DNA from: an uncultured Desulfospira sp.
GTDB lineage: Bacteria; Desulfobacterota; Desulfobacteria; Desulfobacterales; Desulfobacteraceae
Length of the DNA stretch: 64,000 nt
Reading direction: 5' to 3'
Assembly: GCA_963663165.1 (NCBI GenBank)
Contig: OY760175.1
Span: forward strand, 6,080,001 to 6,144,000
Shown: in pieces, positions 58,686 to 64,000 of the stretch
Layout of the letters: each line of letters starts with the position of its first letter
Numbering within the stretch: the first letter of the stretch is position 1
Position numbers and translations under genes: made by a program
Notes under the pieces: model-generated
What the model was told of the DNA's origin: nothing
The model's input: only the letters and a program-made list of their open reading frames with translations
Database searches by the model: none

Positions 58686-59927
58686 ATGGAAGACAAACAA
58701 TCGTGGGACTGGCATACGGATCTCAAAGAAATCCCGGTTAAAGAGTGGGAATCTCAGTATAACTGGGCACAGGATCATATGATCAGTCCTGACGGAGAGC
58801 GGGTTGCCGTCATTGCTAATGTGGATGACATGGGTTTCAGCATTTGTGAAAATGGTGAACTCTGGGACCTGGAATATGAAAAAATCTGGAACCTGAAACC
58901 GCTTCCTTCCAATGGATTTGCGGCCTGTGTCTGTCAGGATGATGAATGGACCCTGGCGGTAAACGGCCAGGAGTGGGAGAATAAATTTGATTTTATCTGG
59001 GACCTTCAGGTGAGCCTGGACGGATCCTTTATCGGTGCGGCGGTGCAGACCGACTCGGAATACGGCATGGTGGTCAATGACGAACCCTGGGATGACCTGT
59101 ATGAAAATATCACCGGCATGGTCATGGGAGAAAAAGGGGCTACTGCCGGGGTTGTCCAGGTGGAATCCATGGCCGCAGCTGACGTGGAAACCTTTAAAAA
59201 AGGCATTTTTTCCGTTGCCCTTAATGGCCAGTCCTTTGAAAATAAGTATCTGAATATCTGGGATTTAAGTTTTGATCCGGAGAACCAGCACCTTTGCTGG
59301 GGGGTCCGGCTGGACAGGGAAACCTATTCCATTGCGGTCAACGATCAGCTCTGGTCCAGCCGGTTCGGGTCGGTCTGGCGGCCGGTGTTCTCCCCTGAAG
59401 GCGCGGTGCTGGCCCCGGTAAGGCATGAGGGGAAATGGCGGCTGTTCAAGGATGACGCCCTGTTTTGGAAAACCGGATACGAACAGCTCTGGCACCTTTG
59501 CCTTTGTCCTGACAAAGAAAAAATTGCCGCCATCGTGGCCCCGGTTTACGGAAAGTGGAGCGTGGCGGAAAACGATTCGGTCTGGCCCCTTTCCATTGAT
59601 ACCATGATCCGGGAGATCCGGTATTCTGCTGACGGGTCATCCCTGGTGGCCGTGGTCAAGGACAATGGATACTGGACCCTGGCCAGGGATGGGAAAAAAT
59701 GGCATCTTCCCTGTGACAAGGTCTTTAACCCTGTTTTAAGCGCCGACGGTTCTGTGGCCGCAGCCGTGGTTGAACAGAAAGGCCATTTTTTCACGGCGGT
59801 TAACGGCGAGCTGTTGACCGGGCCCTATGACATTATGTCTGATCCGGTGATCAGCCCTGACGGCACAAAAATACTGGTCAAGGGAATTGAAAAGGGCGTT
59901 TATAAACGCCGGGTGATTGCCCTTTAG
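58686..59927 (+). CDS. tmcD: Tmc complex subunit TmcD
   Basis: Trp-rich repeats (SWDW, SPDGE, W..AVNG..W); first of four tmc genes. Confidence 0.82.
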   Translation: MEDKQSWDWHTDLKEIPVKEWESQYNWAQDHMISPDGERVAVIANVDDMGFSICENGELWDLEYEKIWNLKPLPSNGFAACVCQDDEWTLAVNGQEWENKFDFIWDLQVSLDGSFIGAAVQTDSEYGMVVNDEPWDDLYENITGMVMGEKGATAGVVQVESMAAADVETFKKGIFSVALNGQSFENKYLNIWDLSFDPENQHLCWGVRLDRETYSIAVNDQLWSSRFGSVWRPVFSPEGAVLAPVRHEGKWRLFKDDALFWKTGYEQLWHLCLCPDKEKIAAIVAPVYGKWSVAENDSVWPLSIDTMIREIRYSADGSSLVAVVKDNGYWTLARDGKKWHLPCDKVFNPVLSADGSVAAAVVEQKGHFFTAVNGELLTGPYDIMSDPVISPDGTKILVKGIEKGVYKRRVIAL

Positions 59928-60003
59928 CAAGCTGATAGCTCACAGCTGACAGCCGGCAGGTTTAGACAATACACATAAAGAAAAAGGATAAGAGGAGCCG
60001 CTG

Positions 60004-60663
60004 ATGAACGCTTTTATTGATTTTATCATGGGGCCTATGGTCTGGATATCGGTACTGGTTTTTCTGTTTGGGCTGGCATTTAAATTTTTCAGAATTTATG
60101 CCCAGATGAAACAAAAGGAAAACTTTGTGTTTTCCTATCTGTCATTGAAGTACAGCCTTCGGTCCATCGGGGCCTGGCTGATCCCGTTTTTTCCCAAAAG
60201 CACCCGGAACCAGCCGGTTTTCTGGGGGGTCACCTACGGCTTTCACATCCTGCTGTTTCTGGTGCCCCTGTTTTTATCGGCCCATGCCGTCCTTTTTGAC
60301 GAGGCCTTTGAAATCCCATGGCCGGCGTTGAATGACAGCCTGGCCGACCTGTGTACGGTGCTGGTTATCCTGGCCCTGATTTTTTTAGGGATTAGAAGAA
60401 TGGTGGTGCCTGAAGTCAAATACCTGACTTCATATAAGGATTATCTGCTGCTGGCCATTGTCCTGCTTCCCTTTTTAACCGGATTTATAGCCTATCACCA
60501 GGCATTTGCATACCAGTGGATGGTCATTGTCCATATTTTGTCCGGGGAACTCATGCTCATTGTGATTCCTTTTTCACGGTTTTCCCACATGCTGACCGCC
60601 CCCCTGACCCGGGCCTATACCGGATCGGAATTCGGCAACGTCAGGCATGCAAGGGACTGGTAG
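60004..60663 (+). CDS. tmcC: Tmc membrane cytochrome b subunit TmcC
   Basis: NarI-like TM protein; FHI..AH, HILSGE..IPFSRFSHM. Confidence 0.85.
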   Translation: MNAFIDFIMGPMVWISVLVFLFGLAFKFFRIYAQMKQKENFVFSYLSLKYSLRSIGAWLIPFFPKSTRNQPVFWGVTYGFHILLFLVPLFLSAHAVLFDEAFEIPWPALNDSLADLCTVLVILALIFLGIRRMVVPEVKYLTSYKDYLLLAIVLLPFLTGFIAYHQAFAYQWMVIVHILSGELMLIVIPFSRFSHMLTAPLTRAYTGSEFGNVRHARDW

Positions 60664-60675
60664 ACGGTAAAGGAG

Positions 60676-62025
60676 ATGAAAATGGAGAGTGTTCAAGCAG
60701 TAACTGAAGTTGAAAAAAATACAGATCAGGCCATTGAAAGCGGTCTTGAAAAACTGACCCCTGAAAGAATCGAATCCGTGATTAACCAGGTCCTGAACAA
60801 GGAAACCGGCCCACGGTTCAAGGCCTATGTGGACACCTGCATGCGGTGCGGCCTTTGCAGCGATGCCTGTGCTTATTTTCTGTCCAACGACCGAAATCCC
60901 AGGTTTTCCCCGGCCGCCAAGGTCAAAGACACGGTCTGGGAGATGCTGGAGAAAAAGGGAAAGGTGTCAAAGGACTTTTTAAGGCGGGCCGTTCGCATCT
61001 GCCATCTGGAGTGCAATGTCTGCAAGCGATGTTCCATGTATTGTCCCTTTGGCATTGATGTGGCCTATATGATGCTGCTGGTCCGCCGGATCTGCCATAA
61101 GCTTGAGATTACCCCCCTTTATATCCAGGATACGGTGAACTCCCACTCCGCCACCATGAACCAGATGTGGGTCAAGGAGGACGAGTGGATTGACACCCTT
61201 CAGTGGCAGGAGGAAGACGCCAGAGAGGAATTTGAGGATTTAAGAATCCCTTTGGACAAAGAAGGGGCGGACATCATGTACTCGGTGATTGCACCGGAAC
61301 CCAAGTTCCAGGCGGGCCTTATCTACCAGGCGGCCATCATGATGCATGCGGCCGGGGTCAACTGGACCATGCCGAGCCTGCCGGGGTGGGACAACTCCAA
61401 CATGGCCATGTATACCGGGGACAACGAAATTTCAGGACGGATTGCCCGGGCCTTTTACGAGGCGGCGGCCAAATTAAAGGTCAACCGGATTGTCATGGGA
61501 GAATGCGGCCATGCCTTCCGCTCCATCTATGATATGGGAAACCGGTGGATTTCCTGGGCCATGCCGCCCTTTGAGGTGGTCCATGCCCTGGAGTTCTACA
61601 ATGAACTGATCACATCCGGAAGGATCAAAATCAAGGAAAAATACAAGGCAAAGGTCACCCTTCACGATCCCTGCAACGTGGTCCGGGGCCGGGGACTTCA
61701 TGAAAAGGCCAGAGAGGTGGTCAACATGGTCTGTGAAGACTTTGTCGAGATGACCCCGAACAGGGAGCATAACTATTGCTGCGGTGCCGGGGGCGGGGTG
61801 ATCAACTGCGGCCCTCCCTATAAAACCGAACGGATGGTCAACAACCGGGTAAAGGCCGAACAGCTCAAGGCAACGGGTGCCGAAGTCCTGATTGCCCCCT
61901 GCCACAACTGCCACAGCGGCCTGGAAGATATTGTCCACCACTACGGGCTTGGCATGGAAGTCAAGTTCCTCGGGGATATCATTTATGAAACCATGGAAAA
62001 AAAAGTCTATAAGCCGGGGGAATAA
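60676..62025 (+). CDS. tmcB: Tmc Fe-S (HdrD/DsrK-like) subunit TmcB
   Basis: CMRCGLCSDAC, CNVCKRCSMYCP, ECGH, HDPC, CCGAGGG, PCHNC. Confidence 0.88.
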   Translation: MKMESVQAVTEVEKNTDQAIESGLEKLTPERIESVINQVLNKETGPRFKAYVDTCMRCGLCSDACAYFLSNDRNPRFSPAAKVKDTVWEMLEKKGKVSKDFLRRAVRICHLECNVCKRCSMYCPFGIDVAYMMLLVRRICHKLEITPLYIQDTVNSHSATMNQMWVKEDEWIDTLQWQEEDAREEFEDLRIPLDKEGADIMYSVIAPEPKFQAGLIYQAAIMMHAAGVNWTMPSLPGWDNSNMAMYTGDNEISGRIARAFYEAAAKLKVNRIVMGECGHAFRSIYDMGNRWISWAMPPFEVVHALEFYNELITSGRIKIKEKYKAKVTLHDPCNVVRGRGLHEKAREVVNMVCEDFVEMTPNREHNYCCGAGGGVINCGPPYKTERMVNNRVKAEQLKATGAEVLIAPCHNCHSGLEDIVHHYGLGMEVKFLGDIIYETMEKKVYKPGE

Positions 62026-62026
62026 C

Positions 62027-62413
62027 ATGAAACTCAAACTCATTTCGCTGACCATGATCGGGATTTGTGCCGTGGCTTTGGCGGTCTGTTGCGCCGGTGA
62101 GGACATAGAACGCATGAACACATCGGCCTTTGAAAACCCAAGACGGCCCGGTGCCGTGTTCAGCCACGACGACCATAATGAGGCTGCCGGCTTGGAAGAC
62201 AATTGCGCTGTCTGCCACCATGTATATGAAAACGGCAAGCTGGTTGAGGACGAATCCAGTGAGGACAGCCCCTGTTCTGACTGCCACGCTGTTAACCCCG
62301 GACCGGACAACAAGATGTCACTGGTCAATGCGTATCATCAACGGTGCCGGGACTGCCACGTTGAGACCGGCAAAGGGCCGCTGCTTTGCGGCCAGTGCCA
62401 CAAGAAAGAATAA
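62027..62413 (+). CDS. tmcA: Acidic tetraheme cytochrome c3 TmcA
   Basis: Signal peptide; CAVCH, CSDCH, CRDCH, CGQCH. Confidence 0.9.
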   Translation: MKLKLISLTMIGICAVALAVCCAGEDIERMNTSAFENPRRPGAVFSHDDHNEAAGLEDNCAVCHHVYENGKLVEDESSEDSPCSDCHAVNPGPDNKMSLVNAYHQRCRDCHVETGKGPLLCGQCHKKE

Positions 62414-62424
62414 GGAGGCCTGTG

Positions 62425-62775
62425 ATGACCAAAAAGATTATGATCGTTGATGACGATCCTTCCATTACCAAATACCTGGACGCCTTGTTCCGGGACAACG
62501 GATATGAGACCTGTATTGCCGAAGACGGCAAAAAAGCCATGGACGTATATGAGGCCAACTCACCGGATCTGATTACCCTTGACCTTGAAATGCCCGAAGA
62601 GTGGGGTCCCCGGTTTTTCAGGAAACTGTCCAAAAAAGGATATTCAACCCCGGTGATCGTGGTGTCAGGACTGTCCGGCCGGAAATATGCCATTCCCAAA
62701 TCCGTGGCTTATTTTGCCAAGCCTTTTGATGCCCAGGAACTTTTGGATAAGGTTGGTGAGGTGCTTGGGGCGTGA
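62425..62775 (+). CDS. Single-domain response regulator
   Basis: IVDDD, LDLEMPEEWGPRF, KPF. Confidence 0.88.
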   Translation: MTKKIMIVDDDPSITKYLDALFRDNGYETCIAEDGKKAMDVYEANSPDLITLDLEMPEEWGPRFFRKLSKKGYSTPVIVVSGLSGRKYAIPKSVAYFAKPFDAQELLDKVGEVLGA

Positions 62776-62778
62776 GGA

Positions 62779-62840
62779 AGTGGGAAAGTGGGAAAGTGGG
62801 CCGGTGGGAAAGTGGGAAAGTGAGCCGGTGAGCCGGTGAG
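62779..62840. repeat. Octamer tandem repeat (GTGGGAAA/GTGAGCCG)
   Basis: About 7 units between convergent genes. Confidence 0.75.
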
Positions 62841-62845
62841 GGCGG

Positions 62846-63367
62846 CTACCACCAGTACCGGTATGGCCAGGGGCCCGGGGGATGGTGCGGGGGAGGGCCA
62901 AACGGGGGGTCCTGAAGGGGCGGCCACAGATGAATTTCTTTTATCGAAATGAGCGGATAGGTGTACTCGATTTCGTCCAGGGGCTGGGCCCGGCTGCCCT
63001 TTATTACACCTGCCACGGTAACGGCCCGGCCCTTTGCGTAAATCTCTCCATCCAGGAATCCATCATAAAGGGCCAGGAACCTTCCGCCGGAACGATCACC
63101 CCGCCACGGCTTTTTTCCCCTGTCCAGGGGTTTTTGAACCACCTCTATAAGGGTCCCTTCTTTCAGGTTCCTGGTTGACACAATATCACCTCCCCAGAGA
63201 ATGGTGATTCCTTTAACCAGCTCAGGGTCATCAAATGCCTTTTCAAATGTGACAGACGGGTCTATCTGCTGCATCAGGTTATTTGAAATCACCGGGGCGC
63301 AGCCTGATGCGGTTCCTAAGATAAGCGACAGGATCAGGCTGATGGCAGCCATGTTTAAACGGTTCAT
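62846..63367 (-). CDS. Slp family outer-membrane lipoprotein
   Basis: Lipobox ASGC; WGG.I, GRFLA..GFLD..Y..GR.VTV.G, YTYP. Confidence 0.85.
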   Translation of the reverse strand: MNRLNMAAISLILSLILGTASGCAPVISNNLMQQIDPSVTFEKAFDDPELVKGITILWGGDIVSTRNLKEGTLIEVVQKPLDRGKKPWRGDRSGGRFLALYDGFLDGEIYAKGRAVTVAGVIKGSRAQPLDEIEYTYPLISIKEIHLWPPLQDPPFGPPPHHPPGPWPYRYWW

Positions 63368-63396
63368 AATCTGCTCCATAGTATGCTGGTACCGGT

Positions 63397-63530
63397 ACCC
63401 CATGTTTGGGGCAAAAGTTGCCCATATGCAAGGTGCACAAAAAAATGGCGGCCTTAAGCAACCTCTCGGTTGTGGGGATTGCCATTTTTTGTGCAACGCA
63501 GCAGATGGGTAGCTTTCCGTTCAACCATTT
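63397..63530. mobile_element. Degenerate MITE related to 20509-20604
   Basis: Shares TGTTTGGG..AAAAGTTGCCCA.ATGCAA and GCAAC.CAGCAGATGGGT..CTTT.CGTTCAA. Confidence 0.55.
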
Positions 63531-63580
63531 ATATGAAAGTCTCACTAACGGCCATACCCTAAAGGGCAGAAACCGGGCCG

Positions 63581-64000
63581 TTAGTTCGTAAAATCGTAGG
63601 TGACCATTTCCTCATACCGGCTGTTGAATGCGGATAAAAACAGCAGGGCCGTGTCATATAAAATTACCAAGCAGAAGACAAACATGGCCAGGGCTTCCAC
63701 ATAATAGAAAGGATACAGCGGAATGAGCAGAACGCAGGTAACCGCTCCCTTGGTCATGGCCGACTGTGCCTGGATAATTGCGGCGTAAGCTACGGCAAGG
63801 GCGGTGGCCGCTGACAGCAGTTCCATTAAGCCGAACATAAAATACTTGAGAAACCGGGGAAAAACCCGGACGATCAAGGTGATGTTGATATGGGTTTTCT
63901 TGGACTGGCCATAGGCAAAGGAAGCCATCACCGTACACAGCAGCAGTACTTCCGATATTTCATAAGCCCCGGTAAAAGACCGGTTAAGGGTTTTGGTCAT
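63581..64000 (-). CDS. TRAP transporter small permease DctQ (partial)
   Basis: GAYEISE, FAYGQ..KTHINIT, LLIPLYPFY. Confidence 0.8.
   Translation of the reverse strand: MTKTLNRSFTGAYEISEVLLLCTVMASFAYGQSKKTHINITLIVRVFPRFLKYFMFGLMELLSAATALAVAYAAIIQAQSAMTKGAVTCVLLIPLYPFYYVEALAMFVFCLVILYDTALLFLSAFNSRYEEMVTYDFTN

Noticed and set aside
24105..63590. Integron attC sites (TAAC at stop codons, GTTAG downstream)
   Set aside because: No end-to-end pairing with L boxes, the one symmetric copy (63544-63586) is too short, and no integron integrase is recognisable.
704..63938. Numerous antisense and overlapping ORFs in the track
   Set aside because: Shadow frames of well-supported genes, with no motifs.

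Overview
Chromosomal window from a sulfate-reducing deltaproteobacterium, probably Desulfobacteraceae (inferred from the tmcDCBA complex, the SidJ-related pseudokinase and the repeat families). 1-17.6 kb and 55-64 kb are mostly housekeeping or metabolic: sigma54 activator + CGGC protein, aldA, Mrp/ApbC, two tandem REC-REC-HD-GYP genes, mlaEF, DUF309/LOG/beta-CASP, aroK, murJ, class IV aminotransferase, a degenerate NeuC-like protein, Lrp, tmcDCBA + response regulator, Slp, TRAP dctQ. The central accessory region (~17.7-55 kb) has: (i) two IS elements with unrelated transposases, each with visible TIRs and a 9-bp TSD and each carrying a DUF4338/DruA-like gene; (ii) two divergent operons that interleave small PEP-CTERM-like (VPVPG) proteins with large secreted proteins, including two S8 proteases, ending in a TSP3 + dockerin-like tail with conserved recognition residues; (iii) a SidJ-related pseudokinase; (iv) a RIT element (three tyrosine recombinases) extended by two coupled upstream genes and a candidate antisense RNA; (v) a frameshifted cNMP-patatin pseudogene; (vi) an SPFH gene followed by an ~1100-aa protein with two AAA+ modules and a Lon-type Ser-Lys protease domain. 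Best candidates for an undescribed system are (vi) and (ii). Intergenic regions are rich in REP-like palindromes, MITEs and 7-8 bp repeats. No rRNA, tRNA or CRISPR array was found. All calls are from visual motif recognition; no searches were run.
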